NCBI GenBank assembly: GCA_050302495.1
Contig: JBNLBP010000001.1
Span: 127,269-191,268 of the forward strand
From: Candidatus Pacearchaeota archaeon
GTDB lineage: Archaea; Nanobdellota; Nanobdellia; Pacearchaeales; GW2011-AR1
Direction: 5' to 3'
DNA: 64,000 bases
In this document: positions 44,060-53,843 of the stretch, in pieces
Position numbering within the stretch: the stretch's first letter is position 1
Layout: the number at the start of each line of letters is the position of its first letter
Notes under the pieces: model-generated
Seen by the model: only the letters and a program-made list of their open reading frames with translations
What the model was told of the DNA's origin: nothing
The model's database searches: none
Translations under genes and position numbers: made by a program

Positions 44060-46441
44060 ATGAAGAGGATTGTATTATTTGGTCTTTTGGGGTTATTTTT
44101 TATTGGCTTTGTTTTGTCAAGTCCATTAATTGATGTTGTTAGTCCTTCAAATGGAAGTACTGTAACTACTAATTATGCTTATGTTAATTTTACAGTTAAT
44201 GATAGTTCTGGTTTAAATGTATCTTCTTGGTTTAATTGGAATAACTCTTTAGCTGGTTATTGGTCAATGGATTATTATAATGGTACTGGAATTTATGATA
44301 ATTCAAGTAATGGATTGTTTGGAACTTTTGAAGGGGATTTGTCTTCTAATAATATTTCTTTAGGATCTCGAGGCAACTCCACTATTTTTGAGAACAGTGA
44401 GGGTTATATTAATATTTCTGATGGTTCGCCTTTAAATATTTCAAGTAATTTTACTTTTTCGGTTTGGGTTAATTTGAATAATTCTGATCAGCTTGAAACT
44501 ATTTTGGAAAAGGATGGTTACCGTGTTGGAATATCTGGTGGAAATGTTCCTTATTTTGAAGTAATTTCTAATAACACACTCACTAATTGGGTTAACACCG
44601 GAGATGTTTCTGGTTCAAATGTGGGTTACACTCTTAATGTTTACAATGGGACTTTGTATGTTGGAACTGGCCAAACAGGGGGTATTGGGGGTCAAGTCTT
44701 CTCTTATAATGATTCGGGTGATTCTTGGTCTCAGATTGGAGATTTGTCGAGTGTTGGGTTTAATGGGGCGGTTACAGCTTTGACCGTTTTTGAAGATAGA
44801 TTATATGTTGCCAATTATTCTGCGGATGTTGTTTTTGCTTATAATTTTTCTACTGGAAATTGGACTAATGCGGGTAACTTTTCTAGCACTAGTGGTCAGA
44901 GGATGTTACTTGTTTATAACAATGATTTATATTCTACGGATAGGACTGATGATCCTATTTTGTCTGTTTATAACTCTTCAAACAATTCTTGGACCGATTT
45001 GGTTACTTTTGGAGGGTATAATGGAGTAAATGCTTTAACTTCATATAATGGCTCTATGTATATTGGTCTTGGGAAAACTGGAGGTGGTGCGGCTGTATTT
45101 TCCTATAATGGGAGTGGGTCTGTAGCTAATATTGTTGGAGGTAACATCTCAAGTGTTATTCAGCCTAGGAGTCTTGGAAGATATGGGGATAAATTATATA
45201 TGGTTACTAATGGTGTTACTCAAGGAGATCTTTATTTTTATAATTCTTCTAATGATTCGTGGTATGTTTCTGGTCCTTCAGATGCTAGTCAAACTATGTA
45301 CTCTTCAATTACTTATTTTGGGGATCTTTATACAGTGAGAAGATTTAATCTTTACAAGTACAATGTCTCTGGAGGTTCTTGGATTACCTATTCTAGTGTT
45401 ATATCTGACCCAACAACTTTGTCTATGGCTCGTTATAAAGGGAAGGTTTATGCCTCTACTGGTCAAGCTAATGGGAATGTTTATGTTATGGGTAATGGTT
45501 CTGGAGTCTTTTCAAATACTTCTCTTTCAAGAAATCAATGGTATCATTTGGCAGGGACTTTTAACGGGAGTGTTTTGCAATTTTATTTAGATGGCGTTTT
45601 GGTCGGGTCTCAATCTTTTCAGGGCGAGGTTCTTGGAGATAGTAACAGTTTTATTATTGGTAGAGGCAAGGGAACCTCTCTTATCTCTTACAGCGTTTCA
45701 AGTGATGAATATTTCTCTGGTTTAATTGATGAAGTATTAATATTTAACCGATCTTTATCTTCATCAGAGATACAATCTTTGTATAATAACACCGATTCAA
45801 CTTTAGGAAATAATTTTACTAGTTTGGATGATGGATCTTATAGCTATAGTGTTTATTCTATAAATTCTAATGGAGATACCAATATTAGTAATTATAATTT
45901 TGTCATTGATACAAGTGTTAGTTCTTCTAGCTCAGGACCTAGTGCAAGTACTCCTCCTACTTCTGGAGGTATACCTTCTAATTATGTTTATAAGATCAGT
46001 CAGGACCAATTATTGGAAGGGTATTCTAGGTTATTGAAAAAAGGAAATAAAGTTAGTGTTAGTGGACAGAACTTAAATTATGTTGTTGAAGTTATTAATG
46101 TGGGAGATAACGTTATAATTTCTGTTTCGGATAAGGAGTATTCTTTGGATTTGGAGGGAAGTGAAAAGATTGATGCTAATGAAGATGGATATTATGATTT
46201 GGAGGTTAGGGTTAGTGAAATTAGAAGTAATGGTTATGCTAATCTTGTTTTTACAGAGATATACGAAGAAATTCATTCTGAGCAGAGGGATTCATCTAGT
46301 GATGAATTGAAAACTAGTGATGAAGATTTTGATGCAAATAATAATACTTGGATCTATGTTTTAGTAATTGTTGTTTTAGTTTTGGTTATTGTTTATTTCT
46401 CTGAGAGTAATCGTTTGAAGCTTTGGTTTAGTAGACGTTAG
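44060..46441 (+). CDS. large surface protein with N-terminal signal, LamG/concanavalin-A-like domains, S/N/G-rich beta-repeat region and C-terminal TM anchor
   Basis: LamG-like signatures FTFSVWVNLNN and WYHLAGTFNGSVLQFYLDGVLVGSQ. C-terminal anchor WIYVLVIVVLVLVIVYF. Confidence 0.6.
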   Translation: MKRIVLFGLLGLFFIGFVLSSPLIDVVSPSNGSTVTTNYAYVNFTVNDSSGLNVSSWFNWNNSLAGYWSMDYYNGTGIYDNSSNGLFGTFEGDLSSNNISLGSRGNSTIFENSEGYINISDGSPLNISSNFTFSVWVNLNNSDQLETILEKDGYRVGISGGNVPYFEVISNNTLTNWVNTGDVSGSNVGYTLNVYNGTLYVGTGQTGGIGGQVFSYNDSGDSWSQIGDLSSVGFNGAVTALTVFEDRLYVANYSADVVFAYNFSTGNWTNAGNFSSTSGQRMLLVYNNDLYSTDRTDDPILSVYNSSNNSWTDLVTFGGYNGVNALTSYNGSMYIGLGKTGGGAAVFSYNGSGSVANIVGGNISSVIQPRSLGRYGDKLYMVTNGVTQGDLYFYNSSNDSWYVSGPSDASQTMYSSITYFGDLYTVRRFNLYKYNVSGGSWITYSSVISDPTTLSMARYKGKVYASTGQANGNVYVMGNGSGVFSNTSLSRNQWYHLAGTFNGSVLQFYLDGVLVGSQSFQGEVLGDSNSFIIGRGKGTSLISYSVSSDEYFSGLIDEVLIFNRSLSSSEIQSLYNNTDSTLGNNFTSLDDGSYSYSVYSINSNGDTNISNYNFVIDTSVSSSSSGPSASTPPTSGGIPSNYVYKISQDQLLEGYSRLLKKGNKVSVSGQNLNYVVEVINVGDNVIISVSDKEYSLDLEGSEKIDANEDGYYDLEVRVSEIRSNGYANLVFTEIYEEIHSEQRDSSSDELKTSDEDFDANNNTWIYVLVIVVLVLVIVYFSESNRLKLWFSRR

Positions 46442-46475
46442 ATAGTTTTTTATATTGCTTATTGTTTTTTTAATT

Positions 46476-46889
46476 ATGGATAAGAGAGGTGCAATTCTTA
46501 TAGAAAATGTTGTTTTTATTATTCTAAATGTCCTGTTTCTTTCTATGATTATTCTTTTTTTGGCTAAGCAATCTTCTTCTGGGGCAGTTTTGGAGGAAAT
46601 TTATGCGAAAAGAATAGCTTTAATTGCAGATTATGCTAAACCAGAAATGGTAATAAAAGTTGATATGGAAAAAGGGTTGGATTTGGTTAAAAAAGATAAT
46701 GGTGACTTTTCTGATGTTGTTCGTGTTGAAGGAAATGTTGTTTTTGTTAAATTGACGGATAAAGGAGGGTATTCTTATAGTTTTTTTAATAATGTTGATT
46801 TAAGTTCTTATCCCGATAGAGACCCCTTAACAAACCAGTATAATGGTTTGTATGTTTTGACTATTTCGAATAAAGGAGGGAATAATTAG
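46476..46889 (+). CDS. pilin-like protein with class III signal peptide (MDKRG-AILIE)
   Basis: MDKRGAILIENVVFIILNVLFLSMIILFL. Confidence 0.55.
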   Translation: MDKRGAILIENVVFIILNVLFLSMIILFLAKQSSSGAVLEEIYAKRIALIADYAKPEMVIKVDMEKGLDLVKKDNGDFSDVVRVEGNVVFVKLTDKGGYSYSFFNNVDLSSYPDRDPLTNQYNGLYVLTISNKGGNN

Positions 46890-46890
46890 A

Positions 46891-47436
46891 ATGAGATTGT
46901 TTGTTAAGGATAAAAAAGGGGCAGATAAAGTTCTTTCTGTTTATTGGTTTGTAATTTTAATTTTAATTTCTGGAGGTGTTTTTGCAATGGCCTATAGTTT
47001 TTATGGAAATCCTTATGATGTAAGGGAAATTGAATCAGGAATTTTGACTGAGAAGGTTTCAGATTGCTTATCTTCAAGAGGTATTTTGAATTCTAATTTA
47101 GTGAGTGGAAGTAGTTTTAGTGAAGACTTTAGAACTAATTTTTTGAATGAATGTGGCTTTAACTTTGATTCTCCAGGTGAATGGAATAATATTCAGTATT
47201 TTGTTTATGTTGAATTTTATAATTTGACTGAAATGGTAAATCCGATTTATAATTTTAGTTCAGGCGATATAAACCTTATTGGCGATTGTGAAATAAAGAC
47301 ACAGAAAGGAAAAGATTATGAAAGGATTGTTAAGTGTGATGAGAAAAGGTTTTATTCTTTGGATGACTCAAATAAACAGTATCTAATTAAAGTTCTTTCA
47401 GGAGTGAGGAAATCAGAAAAAAATGTTAAACTATGA
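46891..47436 (+). CDS. pilin-like protein with class III signal peptide (KDKKG-ADKV)
   Basis: MRLFVKDKKGADKVLSVYWFVILILISGGVFAMAY. AGGAGGG RBS upstream. Confidence 0.5.
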   Translation: MRLFVKDKKGADKVLSVYWFVILILISGGVFAMAYSFYGNPYDVREIESGILTEKVSDCLSSRGILNSNLVSGSSFSEDFRTNFLNECGFNFDSPGEWNNIQYFVYVEFYNLTEMVNPIYNFSSGDINLIGDCEIKTQKGKDYERIVKCDEKRFYSLDDSNKQYLIKVLSGVRKSEKNVKL

Positions 47437-47695
47437 TCTTTTGAAAACCAAGAAAGGGCAGGTAGCGGAAACTATTACTTGGGTTGTTGCAACAATAATC
47501 ATTATCTTTTTATTAATTACTACAATATATATTTCTGGTTTATTGGGGAAGGGAAAAGATATTAGTAAAGCTGATATTGGTCTCTCTTCTTCAGATTCTG
47601 AATGGATAGAAGTTAAAACTAATCTTGCTTATCTGACTAATTCTGAAAATAAAGTTGAAATTGATTTATGGATAAATCAAGAGGAGGGGAATTAA
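47423..47695 (+). CDS. pilin-like protein with class III signal peptide (KTKKG-QVAE)
   Basis: MLNYDLLKTKKGQVAETITWVVATIIIIFLLITTIYI. Confidence 0.5.
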   Translation: MLNYDLLKTKKGQVAETITWVVATIIIIFLLITTIYISGLLGKGKDISKADIGLSSSDSEWIEVKTNLAYLTNSENKVEIDLWINQEEGN

Positions 47696-47696
47696 G

Positions 47697-47984
47697 ATGG
47701 GGTTATTTATGAAAAATAAAAGAGGTGACGTTCCGGTTACTATCTTGGTGATTGGGGTCTTTGTTGTTTGTGGTCTTGCAATTGGAAGTTTTGTTTATTC
47801 TTCTGTTTTGATGAATAAATCTTTTGAGGGTGTTGATTTAGTTGGTAAAGCTAATGTAGAAATTGAAAGAGATTCTCTTGATTATTATCATTATCAAGCA
47901 AATAAAACCAAATTCTCTTTTAATCTTGATTTTGATTTTTTTAAGGAAGTTCCAACATTTTCTATAGAATATTTTGGAGGATGA
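47697..47984 (+). CDS. pilin-like protein with class III signal peptide (KNKRG-DVPV)
   Basis: MGLFMKNKRGDVPVTILVIGVFVVCGLAIGSFVY. Confidence 0.5.
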   Translation: MGLFMKNKRGDVPVTILVIGVFVVCGLAIGSFVYSSVLMNKSFEGVDLVGKANVEIERDSLDYYHYQANKTKFSFNLDFDFFKEVPTFSIEYFGG

Positions 47985-48041
47985 TGAGAAAGGTTTTTAA
48001 ATAAGATTGGTTTAGTTTATACATTGGTGTAAAAGAGGAAA

Positions 48042-48392
48042 ATGATAAAAAATAAGCGTGGACAGGGTATGAGTACTAGTACTATTATTTTACTTATACT
48101 TGGTTTGATAATTCTTGTGGTTTTGGTTTTAGGATTTACTTTAGGTTGGAATAGGCTTGTGCCTTTTGTTAAAAATTCGAATAATCTTGATTCGGTTAAG
48201 GCTTCATGTAGTATTGCCTGTTCTACTAATAATCAGTATGATTATTGTGTTGTGACAAGATCTGTTAAGGATGGTGTAAACGATAATTTTGAGGCTACAT
48301 GTAATGCTTTGGCAACTGAGCAGACTTATTCAGATAGATTGTATGGTGTTGCATCTTGTCCAGAAATAGATTGTACAGTTTCATCTCAATAA
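48042..48392 (+). CDS. pilin-like protein with class III signal peptide (KNKRG-QGMS) and Cys-rich C-terminus
   Basis: MIKNKRGQGMSTSTIILLILGLIILVVLVLGF. Six Cys in the C-terminal 70 aa. Confidence 0.55.
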   Translation: MIKNKRGQGMSTSTIILLILGLIILVVLVLGFTLGWNRLVPFVKNSNNLDSVKASCSIACSTNNQYDYCVVTRSVKDGVNDNFEATCNALATEQTYSDRLYGVASCPEIDCTVSSQ

Positions 48393-48433
48393 TTTTTAGA
48401 AAACTTTAAATTTCTTATTTGCATCGATTCTTT

Positions 48434-48550
48434 ATGGATTATGACTCAGGCTCGGGAAAAAGGAACAAAAGAAAAGGAAAGAAGAAAGATAATAAGAAGT
48501 ATCCTTATCGAAAGGGGGGCAAGTACAGAAGCACCGAGGTTAAGGCTTAA
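48434..48550 (+). CDS. tiny highly basic protein (38 aa), unlisted short ORF
   Basis: MDYDSGSGKRNKRKGKKKDNKKYPYRKGGKYRSTEVKA. Could be a real small basic protein or a chance ORF in an A-rich spacer. Confidence 0.2.
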   Translation: MDYDSGSGKRNKRKGKKKDNKKYPYRKGGKYRSTEVKA

Positions 48551-48595
48551 TTTTATTTAAAATAATTTTATAAACTTTGTAATTCCTTGTTATTT

Positions 48596-49432
48596 ATGAT
48601 TGAGGTGGTGCCGTGGATTTTCTTAGCAGTTATTGCACTAGTGGCAATTGTATTTGCAATATTTCAGGATTGGAGAACCCATGAAGTTGCTAATTGGATC
48701 AGTTTCTCTTTGTTAATATTTGCCTTAGGTTTTAGGTTCTTTTATTCACTTTTATCTGTGGATGGAGAATGGAGTTTTTTATATCAAGGTTTAATTGGTT
48801 TTGGGATATTTTTTGCAATTGGGAATATATTTTATTATAGCAAGATCTTTGCAGGAGGGGATGCTAAGCTTATGATTGCATTGGGAATTGTCCTTCCTTT
48901 TTATGAAGATTTTATGTCTAATTTGAATTTGTTTGCAACTTTTATTTTCTTGTTCCTTATTTCTGGGGCAATATTTGGGATAATTATGGGTGTTAAGATT
49001 ACTCTTTCTCATAGGAAAGAATTTAGAAAGGAATTTTATAAGAGATTTAAGAGTAGCAAAGTTTTGTTTTACATAACTACCTGTTTGGCTATCTTGTTTG
49101 TTGTTTTAGGGTTTTTCTTTGAATTGTTTTTTGTATTGGGAATAATTATTTTTGTTTTGCCTTATTTTTATGTATGGGCTAAGTCTGTTGACGAATCTTG
49201 TATGACAAAAGAAATCTCTACTTCTAGGCTTAGAGAAGGAGATTGGTTATATAGAAATCTTAGGATTGGAAATAGATTAATTAAGGCTAGGTGGGAAGGG
49301 TTAACTAAGAAAGAAATATCTTTTTTGAAGAATCATAAATCAAAGATTGTGATAAAAGAAGGTATCCCTTTTACCCCTGTTTTTTTAATTAGTTTTATTC
49401 TTTTATTAATTAAGGTATTCTTTTTGGGATAA
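48596..49432 (+). CDS. A24-family prepilin/preflagellin peptidase (PibD/FlaK-like) with C-terminal extension
   Basis: First catalytic Asp region FQDWRTHEV. Second catalytic motif GGDAKLM (GxGD-like). Multiple TM helices. A roughly 80-aa extra C-terminal segment. Confidence 0.68.
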   Translation: MIEVVPWIFLAVIALVAIVFAIFQDWRTHEVANWISFSLLIFALGFRFFYSLLSVDGEWSFLYQGLIGFGIFFAIGNIFYYSKIFAGGDAKLMIALGIVLPFYEDFMSNLNLFATFIFLFLISGAIFGIIMGVKITLSHRKEFRKEFYKRFKSSKVLFYITTCLAILFVVLGFFFELFFVLGIIIFVLPYFYVWAKSVDESCMTKEISTSRLREGDWLYRNLRIGNRLIKARWEGLTKKEISFLKNHKSKIVIKEGIPFTPVFLISFILLLIKVFFLG

Positions 49433-50045
49433 TTACATCTTCCCCAATTTCTTCTTTTTTTGAAGGTTCTTTTGGGATTTCTTTTTTTATTTCTGGTTTA
49501 GCACTTTGTATTTTGTCTTTTATTTTTTGCAGTTCTTCGTTTGAAGCATTTTTTCTTTCTGTTTCAAGTGTATCTCCGTATACTGGTATTAGGTTGATTA
49601 TTGCATGGCCAAATAGTTCGCTATTTTCTTTTACTACATCTTTGGGGTTTAGTGTTTTTTTTATTTGTTCTTTTACTTTGTCTGCAAATTCCTCCGCATC
49701 TTTTGAAGGCATGTTTGAGTGTTCTCTGGGTATAACAATTGTATGCCCTTCTGATAAAGGGTTTATTTCAAGTACAGCCATGGAGTTGTTATCTTCTGAT
49801 ATTTTTACTGAGGGAGAATTTCCAGATGAGATTGCACAAAAAATACAATTTGTTTCTCCGTCTCCAGGATTTTCTCCTGGGTTTTTTATGGCTCCACTTT
49901 TTTTCAAAAAATCTATTAGTTCATTGTCAGGCATCGAAGAAAATTTATCGATGGATTCTTTCTTCTTATCTTCGGGATATGAAGAATTTATTTGACTTAT
50001 TAGTTGATTTCTTATTTCGTTGATTTGCTCTGATGTAAACTCCAT
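49410..50045 (-). CDS. HIT-like protein with N-terminal extension (histidine triad appears degenerate)
   Basis: CIFCAI...LEINPLSEGHTIVIPREH matches the HIT N-terminal half. A canonical HxHxHxx was not found. Confidence 0.45.
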   Translation of the reverse strand: MEFTSEQINEIRNQLISQINSSYPEDKKKESIDKFSSMPDNELIDFLKKSGAIKNPGENPGDGETNCIFCAISSGNSPSVKISEDNNSMAVLEINPLSEGHTIVIPREHSNMPSKDAEEFADKVKEQIKKTLNPKDVVKENSELFGHAIINLIPVYGDTLETERKNASNEELQKIKDKIQSAKPEIKKEIPKEPSKKEEIGEDVIIPKRIP

Positions 50046-50076
50046 TATTTTCTGAAAGAACAGGGGTTAATAAGAT

Positions 50077-50364
50077 TTATGCAATTTTTCTCAAATCCAC
50101 AACTTGTACTGATTGCACATTTTCAATAGAGCTTAGTTTTGATTCAAGTTCTTCTAATTCTTTATCCTCTTTCCATTGGAAGAATGCGATTATTGCTTTC
50201 AACCCGAATGCTACCGGCTCAATTTCGTATGGGTTGTTTATTCCCCCTGATTCTTGAACTGTTGATTCTATCTTTTTCTGAAGGTCTTCTAGGTTTACTT
50301 CGGGGGAGTTTGGCATTATTTTTATCTTTACTCCTGCAATTCCTATGTGTGAATCTTCTGACAT
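50077..50364 (-). CDS. translation elongation factor aEF-1 beta
   Basis: 95 aa. The IEPVAFGLKAIIAFF core is typical of aEF-1beta. Confidence 0.7.
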   Translation of the reverse strand: MSEDSHIGIAGVKIKIMPNSPEVNLEDLQKKIESTVQESGGINNPYEIEPVAFGLKAIIAFFQWKEDKELEELESKLSSIENVQSVQVVDLRKIA

Positions 50365-50467
50365 GATTTTCTATAATATGCAGGCTTTATAAAATCTTGC
50401 TTGTTTTTTTCTATTTCTGCTATTCTAGTTACAAAATACTTATAAAACCCTTTTCTTTTTTTGAGAT

Positions 50468-51397
50468 ATGGTGGTAGATAATTATGAGCGGATTATTGAT
50501 AAAATCTCTAAGATTTCTGGAGTTGAAAAAGAGGAAGTTCTTAGAAGAATAGAGGCTAAGAGAGCCAAACTTTCAGGTTTGATCAGTCCAGAGGGTGCTG
50601 CCCAGATTGTTGCTGCTGAATTAGGCGTTAGTTTTGATAATGAGAAACTTAAACTGGATGAAATTATCTCTGGTATGAGAAAAGTTAATGTTGTTGGGAA
50701 GGTGATAAGGATTTTCCCTGTAAGAACTTTTAGAACCCAAAAAGGAGATGATGGGAAAGTTCTTAATCTTGTTCTTGCAGATGACACTTCTAATGTTAAA
50801 GTTGTCTTGTGGGATACAAACCATATTTCTCTTTTTGAGAACCAGTCTTTGAAAGAAGATAGTGTTATTGAAATTATTAATGCTAGTGTTCGTGAGGGGG
50901 AAATACATTTAGGTAGTTTTTCTGATGTGAAACTCAGTACAGAAAATTTTGATAATCTTGTTACTGAAAAAATTGTTTCGGATAAAAAAATTTCTGATTT
51001 GAAGATTTCTGATTCTGCGAAAGTCCGAGCTTTTATTGTTCAAAGTTTTGAGCCTCGATTTTTTGAAGTTAACAAACAAACCGGAAAGAAAGCAACAGAT
51101 GAAGATAGATCTAGTGGTGCTGAGATTGAGAAAAGGGCTTTGATAAATGTTGTTTTAGATGATGGGAGTGGGACTATAAGGGCTGTTTTGTTCCATGAGA
51201 ATCTTAAACATATTGGCCTTTCTAGTTTAGACAACCCTGAAGAGCTTTTGATTCAGAGACATGGGATTTTGGGAAGAGAATTTGTTTTTTCAGGAAATGT
51301 TAGAAAGAATAATTATTTTAATAATGAAGAGTTTATTATTGATGGAATTGAGGTTGTAAATTTGGACGACCTTATAAAAGGTCTTGAGACCAAGTAA
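50468..51397 (+). CDS. rpa: replication protein A (RPA/SSB-like, two OB folds)
   Basis: N-terminal alpha-helical region followed by OB-fold patterns VNVVGKVIRIFPVRTF...VLNLVLADDTSNVKVVLWD, and a second OB fold. Confidence 0.7.
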   Translation: MVVDNYERIIDKISKISGVEKEEVLRRIEAKRAKLSGLISPEGAAQIVAAELGVSFDNEKLKLDEIISGMRKVNVVGKVIRIFPVRTFRTQKGDDGKVLNLVLADDTSNVKVVLWDTNHISLFENQSLKEDSVIEIINASVREGEIHLGSFSDVKLSTENFDNLVTEKIVSDKKISDLKISDSAKVRAFIVQSFEPRFFEVNKQTGKKATDEDRSSGAEIEKRALINVVLDDGSGTIRAVLFHENLKHIGLSSLDNPEELLIQRHGILGREFVFSGNVRKNNYFNNEEFIIDGIEVVNLDDLIKGLETK

Positions 51398-51483
51398 ACC
51401 CCATTGTCTTTTCTGCTGGTTTGTCAATATATATTTGTCATGCAAATAATCTTTATAAACTGCGAGCTTTTTGGTTCATTGTT

Positions 51484-51831
51484 ATGGAAGAAAAATTAGA
51501 AACTAAATTCTTGAGGGTTGATGTATCGTCCTTTGACGATATGTATAATGCTCCTGTTGGAGCTCGTTTGTTCTTTCCTGATAATAGGGTAGAGACTAAG
51601 TTAGGGGTTTTGCAGGATTTTCTTGAGAATGGAAATAATAGCTACTCTGTTTATACTAAGGACCGAGTTGGAAATCAGGGTGTGGTTTATCACAGAGTTT
51701 CTTCTTATTCTTCAAATTCTGAAGAGCCTTTGGTTCCTGTTTTTGATTTTAGTTATTCTGGAAATTTTGATGTAGATCTTATTTTATCTAAGAAATTTAA
51801 GGATTTAATTGGAGGAGTTAGAAATGAGTGA
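51484..51831 (+). CDS. hypothetical protein (115 aa)
   Basis: The in-frame ATG at 51484 is preferred to the track's upstream alternative start. No motif. Confidence 0.3.
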   Translation: MEEKLETKFLRVDVSSFDDMYNAPVGARLFFPDNRVETKLGVLQDFLENGNNSYSVYTKDRVGNQGVVYHRVSSYSSNSEEPLVPVFDFSYSGNFDVDLILSKKFKDLIGGVRNE

Positions 51832-52810
51832 AGAAGAGAAGAAAATAAAAAAGAAAGTTGAAAAAGATCCTGAGCTTACGGATTTGCCTGGTATCGGTCC
51901 TGCTGTTGCAGCTAAGTTGGAAAGTGCAGGTATTTTTGATTTGATGGCTTTGGCGGTTTCAAGTCCTGCTACCATTTCTGATGCTGCGGGGGTCAGTCCC
52001 GCTGTTGCTAGAAAAGCTATCGGTGCTGCAAGAGATCTTTTAGACCTTGGTTTTCAAGATGGTTCAGAGTTTGCTAAAAAAAGAGAAAATGTTTCCTATA
52101 TAACTACTGGAAGTAAGAATTTGGATGAGCTTCTGGGAGGGAGAGGTATTGAGTCCAGAGCTATAACAGAAGCCTTTGGGGCTTTTGGCTCTGGAAAAAC
52201 TCAATTGGGATCTACTCTTGCGGTTAGAGTACAACTTCCTGTTGAACAGGGAGGGGCTAATGGAAAATGCGTGTTTATAGATACTGAAGGTACTTTTAGG
52301 CCTGGGAGAATAAAACAAATTGCTGAAGCCATGGGGGCTAATTCCGAAAAAGTTCTTAAGAATATTCTTGTGGCAAGAGCCTTCAATTCGGACCATCAGA
52401 TGCTTCTTTTAGAAAAAGTTACCGAAATGATAAAATCTGGAGAGCCAATAAAGTTAATGATTATTGATTCTTTGACTGCTCATTTTAGAGCAGAATTTTC
52501 TGGAAGAGGTCAGTTAGCAGATAGACAGCAGAAGCTTAATCGTTATATGCATGATCTAATGAAGCTTGCTGAAACTTATAACCTTGCAATCTATGTTACC
52601 AATCAAGTTATGGCAAATCCTGCTCAATTGTTTGGAGATCCCACCACTGCTATCGGGGGAAACATTGTGGGTCATGCTTCTACATATAGAATGTATTTGA
52701 GAAGAGGGAAGCAAGGTTCCAGAGTTGCTAAGTTGATTGATAGTCCTAATCTCCCTGATAATGAAGCTGTTTATTTCGTAACTGAAGCTGGAGTTACAGA
52801 TAAAGGGTAG
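51824..52810 (+). CDS. radA: RadA recombinase
   Basis: N-terminal HhH ([19 protein letters not shown]). Walker [11 protein letters not shown]. Walker [16 protein letters not shown] at 51824 has a GGAGG RBS. Confidence 0.9.
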   Translation: MSEEEKKIKKKVEKDPELTDLPGIGPAVAAKLESAGIFDLMALAVSSPATISDAAGVSPAVARKAIGAARDLLDLGFQDGSEFAKKRENVSYITTGSKNLDELLGGRGIESRAITEAFGAFGSGKTQLGSTLAVRVQLPVEQGGANGKCVFIDTEGTFRPGRIKQIAEAMGANSEKVLKNILVARAFNSDHQMLLLEKVTEMIKSGEPIKLMIIDSLTAHFRAEFSGRGQLADRQQKLNRYMHDLMKLAETYNLAIYVTNQVMANPAQLFGDPTTAIGGNIVGHASTYRMYLRRGKQGSRVAKLIDSPNLPDNEAVYFVTEAGVTDKG

Positions 52811-52882
52811 TCAGGTTTTTCTAATGATCTTCTAGGCACATTTTATGAATAAGTTTAAAATGTGTTTTTGTTTTATTGAAAT

Positions 52883-53398
52883 ATGAAAAAGAGGTTTCAT
52901 AGATACCTTCCGGAGTTTGTTTATGGAGGTATTGATGGTAGTGTAACTACTTTTGCAGTTGTTGCTGGTGCAATAGGTGCTTCTTTAAGTAGTGCTGTGG
53001 TTTTGATTCTTGGCTTTGCTAATCTTTTTGCGGATGGTTTTTCTATGGCTGTTTCAAATTACCTCTCAAATAAATCGGATAGAGATTTAAATAAACACAA
53101 GATTTTTGATAAGAAGCCTTCTAAAGCAGCATTAGCTACTTTTGTTTCTTTTGTTGTCATTGGTTTTATTCCTTTATTGTTTTTTGTTTTGGCACTGGTT
53201 TATCCTAGTCTTTTGGATAGAGCGTTTTTATTTTCAAGTGTTTTAACAGGGATTGCATTTTTGTTTGTAGGTTTTGTTAAAGGAAATATAACTCAAAAAA
53301 GTAAATCTTACTCTGCGTTTGAAACCTTTTTGGTGGGTGGAATTGCATCTTTAATTGCTTTTTTGGTGGGTTATTTGCTTCGTAGTATTGCAGGATGA
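52883..53398 (+). CDS. VIT1/CCC1-family (nodulin-21-like) metal transporter, short form
   Basis: The GGIDGSVTTFAVVAGAIGA signature is typical of VIT-family proteins. Confidence 0.65.
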   Translation: MKKRFHRYLPEFVYGGIDGSVTTFAVVAGAIGASLSSAVVLILGFANLFADGFSMAVSNYLSNKSDRDLNKHKIFDKKPSKAALATFVSFVVIGFIPLLFFVLALVYPSLLDRAFLFSSVLTGIAFLFVGFVKGNITQKSKSYSAFETFLVGGIASLIAFLVGYLLRSIAG

Positions 53399-53471
53399 TT
53401 TCAATTAGTTTTATAAATTGTAATTCTTTTAATATATCATGGGGTTTTCCCTGTTTTGAAAGGAGGTTGAA

Positions 53472-53813
53472 ATGAAAAAAAGAAAAAAGAACGTATTTGG
53501 AGCATGGGCGTTCCTTGTTGGAGTTGTTCTTGCTTTAGCCGTTGGAATCTTTAGTGACCTTACTACAAATGTGTGGTTAATGGGACTTTTAGTTATAATT
53601 GGTCTTATAATAGGTTTGCTTAATATTTCAAGTAAAGAGGTTTCTCCTTTCTTGATGTCAGGAGTTGTTCTAATTATTGCAAGTGCTTTTAGTGCTGGTG
53701 CTTTAAGTGTTATTCCTAAGGCAGTAGATATACTTAGTGGAATATTAGCTTTGTTTGTTCCGGCTACAATTGTTGTTGCTATTAAGAACGTCTTTATGAT
53801 GGCTAAGAACTAA
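53472..53813 (+). CDS. small 3-4 TM membrane protein
   Basis: Track ORF. GGAGG RBS. Hydrophobic throughout. Confidence 0.4.
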   Translation: MKKRKKNVFGAWAFLVGVVLALAVGIFSDLTTNVWLMGLLVIIGLIIGLLNISSKEVSPFLMSGVVLIIASAFSAGALSVIPKAVDILSGILALFVPATIVVAIKNVFMMAKN

Positions 53814-53843
53814 ATTTATTTTTATTTTTTTATTTTTTTAACT

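Noticed and set aside
44790-45590. Small plus-strand ORFs 44790..45029, 45132..45338, 45363..45590
   Set aside because: Alternative-frame ORFs inside the 793-aa LamG surface protein gene. Hydrophobic low-complexity translations.
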